A stretch of 52,028 nucleotides of DNA from Bacillota bacterium (GTDB lineage Bacteria > Bacillota > UBA4882 > UBA8346), in NCBI GenBank assembly GCA_003501335.1, contig DNPQ01000567.1, positions 1 to 52,028 on the forward strand, given 5' to 3'. Each line of letters begins with the position of its first letter. Within the stretch, counting starts at the first letter, position 1. The notes beneath the pieces were generated by a model, which was given only the letters and a program-made list of their open reading frames with translations, ran no database searches and was not told the origin of the DNA. Made by a program: the position numbers and the translations under genes. This document shows positions 7,938-16,300 of the stretch, piece by piece.

Positions 7938-8561
7938 ATGATATTTTGGAATTGGTTATGTAAGTTGTTTCACCAATTAATTTCTCCAGACAATGTCGCA
8001 AAACTTTTTATTACCATCCTTGGCGTTTTTCTTGGATATCTACTTTCCATAAAACAATATAAAAAGCACAAAATACAAGAAGAAAATCAATTAACCTTAA
8101 AATATATCGGGTTATTAAAACACGAATTAAGAATGAATCAATCAGTTGTTGATACTTCATTAGGCGTGTTAAACGAAAAATACGACACTCCTGCTATAGC
8201 CATAAATAATTTTTTAAAAAGTTCTGTTCTGATAAATTCATCTATCTCCGATGAAGCTTTACCGGCGGTTTCTAGAGTTGGAATTATTAAAATCCTATCC
8301 TTGAGTAAGATTATTCACTCTTATATTCAACAAAGAATTTTTTGTTATCAAATTAGTAATGAAAGTCAAATTTTAAGAGCAGGAATTGAAAGACCTGGAA
8401 TAGACGTTCCACCGGAAGATAGTCTTTATGAAATGATTAATGATTTTAAATCAATGATGAAAGCACAAATTAAAACGTATAAAGAAGCTGTTAAAGAATT
8501 AGAAGTATTGGAAGAGTCCCTTTTGAAAGCCAAGAAAAACAAAGGTTCAAAACAAAAATAA
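7938..8561 (+). CDS. Single-pass membrane protein (207 aa), function unknown
   Basis: SD aaggag lies upstream. It has an N-terminal TM (LFITILGVFLGYLLSI) followed by a helical soluble domain. A terminator follows. Confidence 0.6.
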   Translation: MIFWNWLCKLFHQLISPDNVAKLFITILGVFLGYLLSIKQYKKHKIQEENQLTLKYIGLLKHELRMNQSVVDTSLGVLNEKYDTPAIAINNFLKSSVLINSSISDEALPAVSRVGIIKILSLSKIIHSYIQQRIFCYQISNESQILRAGIERPGIDVPPEDSLYEMINDFKSMMKAQIKTYKEAVKELEVLEESLLKAKKNKGSKQK

Positions 8562-8565
8562 ACTC

Positions 8566-8603
8566 AACAGACTCCTTCGATTAAACGATGGAGTCTGTTT
8601 ATA
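8566..8603 (+). terminator. Rho-independent terminator of the 7382-8561 operon
   Basis: 10-bp stem aacagactcc / ggagtctgtt with a 14-nt loop and a short T-run. Confidence 0.5.
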
Positions 8604-8672
8604 ACCAAATATTAAAAATTATGCCAAACCCATCAAAATTATTTGTATGTATATTATAGACGATTACTTCGT

Positions 8673-9626
8673 TTAATATCTTAATGGTATCGAAGATTTA
8701 GTGATTTTAATATCATTATAACCTTTAGCATCTAAAAAATAACGTATACTATCTTTTGTTATTCGCATTTTTCTTTTTGGCCCAATCATAATTTCTTCAA
8801 TATATTTTATTGGAAAAGATAGCTTAATATATGGGATAATTAAGTCATGTGAAACTCTAAATTCTATTTCATTTATATTCTTTGTCAACATTGGAGTAAT
8901 TAACCTAAACTCATGTTCATCCTCATACTTTTTATCCTTAGATAAAAGAGCAAATGTAAGTAGATAGAACATTGCAAATTGCTTTACTTGTTCAAAATCG
9001 GCATCTGAAATTAATCCAGCGTCATGCCTTTTATAATAATCTATTAATATTTCTACAAACTTTTTAAATAATTCTTCTTTCAACCTATCATCATATAATA
9101 CATTCCTCCCCATAACCATATTTCTTACATGTTTATTATTAATGGTCAAATTTTTTTGGGTAAATAACATATCTTTAAACACAAGACAATATCCATCATT
9201 ATTAGTATAATTCGACCACAATGTTAAAGAATCTGGTTTATTGCTAAGAGAAATAACAAAAATAAATTTTAATAATTCATTACTAACCTCATTGTAATAA
9301 TTAAAAAACCAATGTGCAAAATCTTTTTCATCTCTATAAAATTCATTTAATACTCTATGTAAAATAGGTTTTAAATGCAACACTTCTTTTTTATCATTTA
9401 AAAACATACAATTTGTTGCCCATAAACTTTTTTCCACCAAAATCGATTGAAGTGAATTTAGGTTCGTATAATGATAAATTTTCTCAGGCAATTTTGTGAC
9501 ATTAAGAATAGATCTATCAATTATGTTTATTTTTTCTAAAAATTCGTCAAACAAGCTCTCTGATTCAATCGTTTCCATTTGCAACCTTTCAAAAAAAATA
9601 TTTGATATAATATTCCATGAAGTCAA
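8673..9626 (-). CDS. DUF2971-family protein
   Basis: 317 aa. The N-terminal motif IYHYTNLNSLQSILVEKSLWATNCMFLNDKKE matches the DUF2971 signature (YhYt…l..Il…l..s…lND..E). The gene is very AT-rich. It has a TTG start with SD gaggg, and ATG at 9578 is an alternative. Confidence 0.6.
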   Translation of the reverse strand: MTSWNIISNIFFERLQMETIESESLFDEFLEKINIIDRSILNVTKLPEKIYHYTNLNSLQSILVEKSLWATNCMFLNDKKEVLHLKPILHRVLNEFYRDEKDFAHWFFNYYNEVSNELLKFIFVISLSNKPDSLTLWSNYTNNDGYCLVFKDMLFTQKNLTINNKHVRNMVMGRNVLYDDRLKEELFKKFVEILIDYYKRHDAGLISDADFEQVKQFAMFYLLTFALLSKDKKYEDEHEFRLITPMLTKNINEIEFRVSHDLIIPYIKLSFPIKYIEEIMIGPKRKMRITKDSIRYFLDAKGYNDIKITKSSIPLRY

Positions 9627-9659
9627 AATTTACCCTCTAAAAATTTGTAAATGACATAA

Positions 9660-9698
9660 AAACCCCCACCGCTTAAAAAAAACAATGGGGGAAATAAT
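9660..9698 (-). terminator. Probable terminator ending the lysis cassette
   Basis: On the minus strand there is a stem ccccca / tggggg with a 17-nt loop and a T-run, directly after the stop at 9699. Confidence 0.4.
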
Positions 9699-10124
9699 TT
9701 AAAAAATAGCCGCGATTGTTGCAATAGCAGCCGCAATAATCGCTATATTTCTTTCCCATACCAACTTACTTACCTCTTTTTTTAATTCCGTCAATGATTC
9801 CTTGCTGCTCTGTAATAAGTTTTGCAGACTCATTAGCTGCATCTTGGCTTCGTCCGATGATGCTTTTAATTCCGTCAAGTCCTGTGTTAACTTGTCCAAT
9901 TCCGTTTGATATGTTTTTAGTTTGGTCTGAGATTCCGCCAAGTTGTTTTGAGATGTCACCAAGTCGACTGATAGTTGCTGATTGAGATTTGATAATCTGC
10001 TCGTAATCTCGGATAGTCTGGCTAATTCTTGATCCGTCACCTGATAATTTCCATCCGCAAAGCACACCGCCGGTAATACCAATAATAAGGCAAATAGAGC
10101 CAATGATAAGATATTTTTGCACAC
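9699..10124 (-). CDS. Spanin-like envelope protein candidate A (141 aa): signal peptide, coiled coil and C-terminal TM
   Basis: GTG at 10124 follows the holin stop, with aggagg 7 nt upstream. The sequence starts with the signal-like MCKNILSLALFALLLVLPAVCFA, continues with a long heptad-like Q/L/S/E/K-rich segment, and ends in the TM anchor IAIIAAAIATIAAIF. It overlaps candidate B in another frame. Confidence 0.45.
   Translation of the reverse strand: MCKNILSLALFALLLVLPAVCFADGNYQVTDQELARLSEITSRLSNLNQQLSVDLVTSQNNLAESQTKLKTYQTELDKLTQDLTELKASSDEAKMQLMSLQNLLQSSKESLTELKKEVSKLVWERNIAIIAAAIATIAAIF
9766..10122 (-). CDS. Spanin-like envelope protein candidate B (118 aa): N-terminal TM plus a helical domain, i-spanin-like topology
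   Basis: GTG at 10122 is 2 nt from candidate A's start and shares the same SD. It has the TM YLIIGSICLIIGITGGVLCGW, then repeated G-x-IS/IK motifs. It lies entirely inside candidate A in another frame. Confidence 0.45.
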   Translation of the reverse strand: MQKYLIIGSICLIIGITGGVLCGWKLSGDGSRISQTIRDYEQIIKSQSATISRLGDISKQLGGISDQTKNISNGIGQVNTGLDGIKSIIGRSQDAANESAKLITEQQGIIDGIKKRGK

Positions 10125-10352
10125 TTAAGCCCCTCCTTCAGGTTTGCCTGGGCCGCCTTTATTTTCTTGAACCACCCGGTAAATATTAATCAAAAACATT
10201 CCGGCGCCACCGATCGTCAATGCGATAATGATCGGCCCGGCATTAGAACGAAACATAAATATATTTCCGATGGTTACGGCGCTAACAAGTAAACCTATCC
10301 AGATTAATCCGATGATTAAAATTTTAGTATGGGTACGAGTTTTCCACATCAT
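10125..10352 (-). CDS. Holin (two transmembrane domains)
   Basis: 75 aa with two hydrophobic helices and a charged Gly/Pro/Lys tail. Its ATG overlaps the amidase TGA (ATGA), which indicates translational coupling. Confidence 0.6.
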   Translation of the reverse strand: MMWKTRTHTKILIIGLIWIGLLVSAVTIGNIFMFRSNAGPIIIALTIGGAGMFLINIYRVVQENKGGPGKPEGGA

Positions 10353-10891
10353 GATAATTTTTCCCCTTGTCTTATAAATTGACTCTTGACATCAGCATAA
10401 AAAGCATTCGGATCAAATAAATCATTTTTCGGATTCGTTTTTCCATTGCTGAAATCAATCCAACAGAATGGATCGAATGGCCGGTTCAAGGGGTCATATC
10501 TGCTATGCGGTTGCAGATAGTCAGGAGTTGGTTTAAATTTATAGCGCAGAATGATATCTACTATCAAATCCAAAACATTCTGATAAATTTCCTTTGTAAT
10601 AGGTTCACAGGTTTCAATTCCAATTGCGTCTCGATTTGCTCCGACGCAATGATAGGCTTGTTCGTTTTCTGGGATGCACCGAATGATATTCGTAGCGTCC
10701 ACAAGATAATGGGCGGATGCGAAAGTTTTACCGGCTAACGGCGGATGATTCAAACTTTCAAAATAGTCCCGGTTATTTTTTGCCGAAGCTCCCGAATTGC
10801 CCGTCCTATGGATAATAATTTTTTGCGGGCGCAATAAAAAAGCCGGCCTATTTTTGCCGACTGAAATAAGATCTTCTTTAATTGGTATCAT
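10349..10891 (-). CDS. Endolysin: N-acetylmuramoyl-L-alanine amidase (Amidase_2/PGRP, T7-lysozyme-like)
   Basis: Motifs IIIHRTGN…, ASAHYLVD and NRDAIGIETCE fit the amidase_2 fold. ATG at 10891 (MIPIKEDL) is preferred over the ORF-track TTG at 10936, which lies inside the upstream gene. Confidence 0.75.
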   Translation of the reverse strand: MIPIKEDLISVGKNRPAFLLRPQKIIIHRTGNSGASAKNNRDYFESLNHPPLAGKTFASAHYLVDATNIIRCIPENEQAYHCVGANRDAIGIETCEPITKEIYQNVLDLIVDIILRYKFKPTPDYLQPHSRYDPLNRPFDPFCWIDFSNGKTNPKNDLFDPNAFYADVKSQFIRQGEKLS

Positions 10892-10919
10892 TTTATAATT
10901 GTCCTCGCTTTCTTTGTTC

Positions 10920-11216
10920 TTATCTCTTTCCTCCAAACCACGCCCCAGCGGCAGCGGCCAATACTATTCCTCCAATAGTTCCGCCAACTTTGCTAATCCA
11001 AATCCATACCGTTTTTTGACCAGCGGAGGTGTCGTTTTCTGATTCAATACTGTCGATACGTTTATTTATTTCTGGAATAGTTTTATCTTCAAGTTTTGTA
11101 ACCCTGCTATTAGTTTTCTGCACTTGTATTAATACTTGCTCTAATATTCCATTGGTTTTACCTGATTCTTCAATTAATTTAATCGCCCAACTCGGTACCT
11201 CTTCCATTTCCATCAC
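10920..11216 (-). CDS. XhlA-like lysis-associated membrane protein
   Basis: 98 aa with an N-terminal coiled segment (VTKLEDKTIPEINKRIDSIE) and a C-terminal TM (VWIWISKVGGTIGGIVLAAAAGAWF). This architecture matches PBSX XhlA. It is the first gene of the lysis cassette. Confidence 0.5.
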   Translation of the reverse strand: MMEMEEVPSWAIKLIEESGKTNGILEQVLIQVQKTNSRVTKLEDKTIPEINKRIDSIESENDTSAGQKTVWIWISKVGGTIGGIVLAAAAGAWFGGKR

Positions 11217-11312
11217 CGACTTTCAAGGAATTGTTTTTTACGGCCCTTAACGGCTATTGAATCCATAAGTTTTGAATTTACACGCCCCCAGTCGAACAAC
11301 CTATTTACCCAT

Positions 11313-11341
11313 ATTATAGATTTGCTGTGCCGAAGTTTGAA
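11313..11341 (-). promoter_or_regulatory. Sigma-A-type promoter candidate upstream of the lysis cassette
   Basis: On the minus strand the sequence reads TTCAAA (11341-11336), a 17-nt spacer, then TATAAT (11318-11313). Confidence 0.35.
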
Positions 11342-11360
11342 AAAGCCTGAATACGAGCAT

Positions 11361-11388
11361 AAAAAAACCGCCATTGTAGGCGGCGGCC
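11361..11388 (-). terminator. Rho-independent terminator after the lipoprotein gene
   Basis: On the minus strand the sequence reads gccgcc-tacaat-ggcggt followed by tttttttat. Confidence 0.6.
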
Positions 11389-11401
11389 TTCCGAGTTAAC
11401 T

Positions 11402-11851
11402 TTAAGGATTCATTTTAGGAATATTATCTCTTTCCATATAAGCCTTTTCTTGTGGTTGCCCCTGGTCGATTCTTTCTAAAACAAGCCTCATCTTTTTTAT
11501 ATTGCTTTCAGTCGAGTATGATCCATTCATGGCCCAGGCTGTTTCTCCATCCATTTGAACAGTTTTGGTATAATCAGTTTTTTCTAAAGTTTCATTATCA
11601 TAGTTGTAATATTCTTCCCTAACCCTTAATGTACACTGAATATTACTATAGACCGGAAACGACCAAGAATATTTAATAGTTTGTGTCGGATTCATTTGTT
11701 CATCATATTGCCGTTGCTGTCTCCATTCTCCAGTTAAGAAGAAATATTGTTCCTTCACATTATCGTTGTGCTTGATTCCCCTTCCACCGATACAGCCAGA
11801 AAACAACAATGTAACAATAATTAATAAAAACATTAAATTAATTTTTTTCAT
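11402..11851 (-). CDS. Lipoprotein (moron candidate)
   Basis: 149 aa. The signal peptide has a canonical lipobox (LLFSGC). It lies between the tail fibre gene and the lysis cassette and has its own terminator. Confidence 0.65.
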   Translation of the reverse strand: MKKINLMFLLIIVTLLFSGCIGGRGIKHNDNVKEQYFFLTGEWRQQRQYDEQMNPTQTIKYSWSFPVYSNIQCTLRVREEYYNYDNETLEKTDYTKTVQMDGETAWAMNGSYSTESNIKKMRLVLERIDQGQPQEKAYMERDNIPKMNP

Positions 11852-11997
11852 ACTTCACCTTCTTACTAAAAGCGGGAAGGGTATTTAATAATGCCATTTT
11901 AAGCAACTTAAAGGGGGTTACTAAAATGAAAAAAATTCCCCTTCCCGATATTATTATAACATTATAAGATAAATAAATATAATACAAAATTCTAAAT

Positions 11998-13353
11998 TTA
12001 CCATCCTCTGTCAGCTATATACTGAACGTAACTAGCTGTTCCCCCGGTTGATAAAGCGGAAGCCGATCCATAAATCATGAGTTGAGTTCTTGTAATATTG
12101 CCTATTCTCCCAGAAGAAAACTCATTTCTAGTTCCATTACTAGCAGTCATTCCATAACATCTAACCTGAATCAGTGGCGTACCGATAGCATGTGTTGAGG
12201 TGATGGTTCCGGATGCCGTCATTACGTAAGAGGTAATTCTACCATTTATGGCATAAGTAATTATGCTATTTATACCGCTAGTACCTGTAACGCATTCTCC
12301 CACCATCAACCTAACCTTATCTTCCCATGCTGTTCCATTATATCTTTTCATTTTAAATTGACTTAAATCGAACCAATGTTGATCGATTGCTGGTGGAATA
12401 GGAGCAGTAAGAGAATAAATTGTTTCAAGTTCAGTATAACCACCTGTAATAGTATTAGTCGCTACATCTAAATCAATATAAAGTTGTAAAAATGATTTAT
12501 TAGCGGGTAAATTAGTCCATAAAGTGGTTGAGCCAGTAAAGCCAATAATGTAATTTATTTCTCCACACGTTAAATCATAACCAGCGGCTAGATTACAAAT
12601 TACCGGAGCAGTAGGAAGTCCTATTAACATTGCGGATAGACCTGACCACGAAATAAAAATAGCGCCTCCCGAACTGTTATCAACCATACCGCTTATTACA
12701 GTTTGCCTTCTTGAACCTGGTTTATTTGAAACTGAAGTTGCTTTCTTCACTGTTATTTTATCATCCTCAAATGCGGTTGCAATTAAATTATTAATTGTCT
12801 CTGTGGCGTTATTTGCCGCTTGAGTTGCATTTTGGCTCTGTTGAATTAAAGTCGCTTCCATTCCTGCTGATGTATTATCGAGATTTATCAATCCATCTCC
12901 ATTGTTGTTCCAGCCCAATATTTTTCCTGGTATTGGCGAAGGAAAACTGTAACCTTGTCCCTGCTCAGATATGCTTGCAGTAACCGAGCGGGAATTTGTT
13001 TCATCAAGTTCCTGTGCTATTGCCGTTAATTTATCTAATCCCTTTTCCATGTTCTTTGGATCAAAACTTTGAGTCGAAAGCGTTGTTCCCTGCGTTCTTC
13101 CAGTTAAACGGGCAACTGTGATTTTATATCCCGTTGGTCTTGGTTCGCCGGAAGTAGGATATTTAATCCGATTATTATCAATTTCCTTTGTTAAATTCTC
13201 GGTTATTTCTACCGTATCACCGGTTGAAATATTCGTTTCATATAATTTTATATCCGAACCATCGGTAGTGAATATTTCGAACGTATACGGCCAATAGATT
13301 GTAGTTCCGTTGGTCGTATAAACATCTTTTCGATTTGTGTTTTGAACTGTCAT
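11998..13353 (-). CDS. Tail fibre / receptor-binding protein with a T7 gp17-like N-terminal adaptor region
   Basis: 451 aa. The N-terminus (…YTTNGTTIYWPYTFEIF…IKLYETN…YKITVARLTGRTQ…DKLTAIAQELDE) resembles podoviral fibre N-domains. The C-terminal half is rich in Ser, Thr, Gly and Asn. SD ggagggg lies upstream. Confidence 0.6.
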   Translation of the reverse strand: MTVQNTNRKDVYTTNGTTIYWPYTFEIFTTDGSDIKLYETNISTGDTVEITENLTKEIDNNRIKYPTSGEPRPTGYKITVARLTGRTQGTTLSTQSFDPKNMEKGLDKLTAIAQELDETNSRSVTASISEQGQGYSFPSPIPGKILGWNNNGDGLINLDNTSAGMEATLIQQSQNATQAANNATETINNLIATAFEDDKITVKKATSVSNKPGSRRQTVISGMVDNSSGGAIFISWSGLSAMLIGLPTAPVICNLAAGYDLTCGEINYIIGFTGSTTLWTNLPANKSFLQLYIDLDVATNTITGGYTELETIYSLTAPIPPAIDQHWFDLSQFKMKRYNGTAWEDKVRLMVGECVTGTSGINSIITYAINGRITSYVMTASGTITSTHAIGTPLIQVRCYGMTASNGTRNEFSSGRIGNITRTQLMIYGSASALSTGGTASYVQYIADRGW

Positions 13354-13370
13354 TTTTACCCCTCCAATTT

Positions 13371-13396
13371 AAAAAAGGAGCCGCTTTTGCGACCCC
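13371..13396 (-). terminator. Hairpin plus T-run between the giant gene and the tail fibre gene, probably an attenuator
   Basis: On the minus strand the sequence reads ggggtcgc-aaaa-gcggctcc (8 bp including two G·U pairs), then tttttt. It lies immediately after the stop at 13397. Confidence 0.4.
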
Positions 13397-16300
13397 TTAA
13401 CGTCTATTTCCCGGTTTCGGAAATACCAGATCCCGTAAATAGAAATCCTCACCATTTACCATGGAATCATAGATATTGCCAACCGTTGTACTTATTTGTT
13501 TCGATGGATAATGGAGCCAATAACCTCCGGCCTCGAAACCAGACTTTAATAATTTCTCCGGTTTAATGTCTCCCTGGATAGTACCCGGCAACATCCCAAG
13601 GAATTGAGTTGCTTTTGCAAAGGCATCCGCTGAAGGAACTAAATCAACATCGCCCCGGCCAGTCCCAAACATCTTATCTATGGCCGGTGAAATCGCATCA
13701 CGGGCCAATACAAACGCTCCTGCTGGATACTTCAGAATCGTTGACAGCAACCATTTAACAGTGTCGTCGTCATCATCACCGCCACCACCCCACCGGCCGG
13801 ACAATAATTCAGAAACCAGTGCGGGCATGAACCACCAGTAAGCGGCGAATGATATAAGCTGACCGTATTCTCCATTCCGTTTGGCCCGTTGGAATGCCTC
13901 AATCTGGCGGTTCGCATAAACAGAAAAATAGGAATAAAATTGCGTCAATGCCTTGTACCATTCGGAACCGCGCTGGATTCCGGCCATATTTACAATATCG
14001 CCGCTTCCTTGAGTATCCCGTACAACCTGATCGGCGTATCTTATGGCCATTTCATCATTAATCTCTTTGCCGGATTTCATCTGTTGCCCTATATGCTGAT
14101 TGTATGCTTGAATCCATGAAGGCATTGTAACAGCATAGTCAAACAATCCAGTCAAGGCAAAATAAGTATCCTTAATTTCGTCATATGTTCCGCTATCAAT
14201 CATCCGTCTTGTTGCATCCCGAATATCCCGATCCCGGTTGTTCATCCGGTTTTTCATCATTTCTGATTTACCGAATACAAAATTAATTTCTTCACCTGCC
14301 TTTCCTGTCATAGCTTTATAGTAGAAATCTAATACGCCGCCCAAAGTTCTTGTCGGGCCGATCCGTTCCATGACCGGAATAATCCCGGCAAGCTGTGAAA
14401 AGGCGGTCGTAAATTTAATACCCATGTTCACGACCGATGAACCGATCCGGGCCCGTCTTAAAATATTTTCTGCGAAAGCCCACGGCCCAACGGTAGCCAT
14501 ATCCTTGTTATCCCTGGCGATACCTTGCAGCCACGGCCTAAACTGTTTGTAAACCTCATCGCTCATAGTTTCTTTTATCACTTTAGTAACCCGTCCGCTA
14601 TTTAATACCTTGTCCACATCCCGAATTCCATTACTAAATGATACCGAATGGATAACGGTAGCTAAATGATTATCAATAACCGATAAATGTAAATCTAATG
14701 GTCTACCTACTACGGCCTGGACGCGTTGCTTTTCAAATCCTCTACGGGTAGAAGGTTTCAAATAACTAAGGTTAAATAGTTCCTTAATGCTCTCTTCTTC
14801 GGCCTGCCGAAATGCCTTTTCGTTTTTACTCGGATCATAAACTACCGGGTAATAACCGCCGCGATAATCACCATATTTTGTATTGACAATGCTTGCCTCA
14901 ATCTTTATTGGCTCCACTCCGGTCCGGGTCTTTTTGTCCTGGGCGATTTGCGGCCAGTATGAATCAATGAAATCCCAGACATTTTGGACAAAGTCCCAAT
15001 CATTTTTATCCAAAACCTGATCAAAGATATCTTGAAACATATCTTCTGAAGCTAAATTTTCCTGATTCTCCGTGTCGTAGTAGGAATCAACCAGCCGCTG
15101 CCGGTTGCCTTCATTCCCCCAATTCAAGGCCATAGCCAAGACATTTTCCTTGGTGAGCCCGCGGGGAAATAAATCTTCAGTCCCTTTTATGCTTATTTTT
15201 TTTCTGGCTAATTGGCTGGTATCATTGCCATAATAGTTCCGGATAATATCGGTTAACTTTTCTCCGGCTTCCCGGCGCATTTTATATTCCTTATCCAATC
15301 CGCGGAGCATCGGGAGAACAATATAATGCCACGCTGGACCTTGATCTTTGTAACCATCCAGCGCCCTTGCAATCCATTCTACTTTTTGATGAGAAGCAAC
15401 AAATCCCCGGCCCCAATGTTTTGTCATTTCCCCCGGCGCTTTATTGGGATCATAATTTTGCGGGAACAATCTTTTATTCTGTTGCATACTTCCAACCATA
15501 TCTTCAATAATCAAATCAAGGTTTCGCTGTTGTTCATCCGTAAGCAGCTTCTTTTCATTCCGGGCGACAGTGTCAATATTTTTAATCGCATCAACCACGT
15601 CCCGGAGTTCTGAAAGGGTTAAATCCTTATATGGCTTTTGGATTGTCTCATCAGCGATAAAATCAGGAATTGCCGCCTCATCATATTCTTCCCGGGCCTT
15701 TATCCAATCAGCTAAAGGTTCTTCCTGGGTTACGGCATTTGGACCCTGCAAACCGAACCGACCAAGAATATGATCGATTTGACCCAGATGCTCTTTGGCA
15801 ATTTCCGGGCGTTTATTCTTTTGCCATTTTTCGATATATTTAAACGCCCTGTCAACCTCTTGCCGGACCTTTAGCGCCTCCATTGCAAGGGCATGATTCA
15901 GCATTCTTTGATCGGCATATTGGGCGGCAGTCCTGATATCCTTTTTAGCATATGACTGGGATTCTTTAACCGCCGCATTCCGTTCCGCTGCAAAGTATGC
16001 GGTTGCCGCCGCCGCTTCCCGGTAGTTTTTATCTGCTATCGTTGTTTTGGCGTATCTTCTTGCAGCTTCCGCCGCAATCCTGGCCCGTTGCATATTCCAC
16101 TGCTTTTTGTTTGCCTTGGCATTCTCCTGATGAATCAGATCCGTCAACATTTCCCGTTCCATGGCTAATGCACTGAGTTGTTCATCATTATGGAGTGCTC
16201 TTTCGGCCATAAATTGCAGTTCCTGGGGAGAATCCTTCAATTCCCCAAACTGGGACATATGAACCGCCAGCCGATCATTAACCTCCTCTGAAAAATTTCT

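Noticed and set aside
9699-10124. Calling frame A a unimolecular spanin (u-spanin) outright
   Set aside because: A u-spanin needs an N-terminal lipoprotein signal. The residues before Cys21 (P-A-V-C) do not fit a canonical lipobox, and CFA|D looks like a signal peptidase I site. It is therefore reported only as spanin-like.
11402-13353. Diversity-generating retroelement near the tail fibre (the head genes look BPP-1-like)
   Set aside because: No reverse-transcriptase-like ORF (no YxDD-type motif) was recognised anywhere in the window. I saw no template/variable repeat pair around the fibre gene 3' end. The downstream gene is a lipoprotein.
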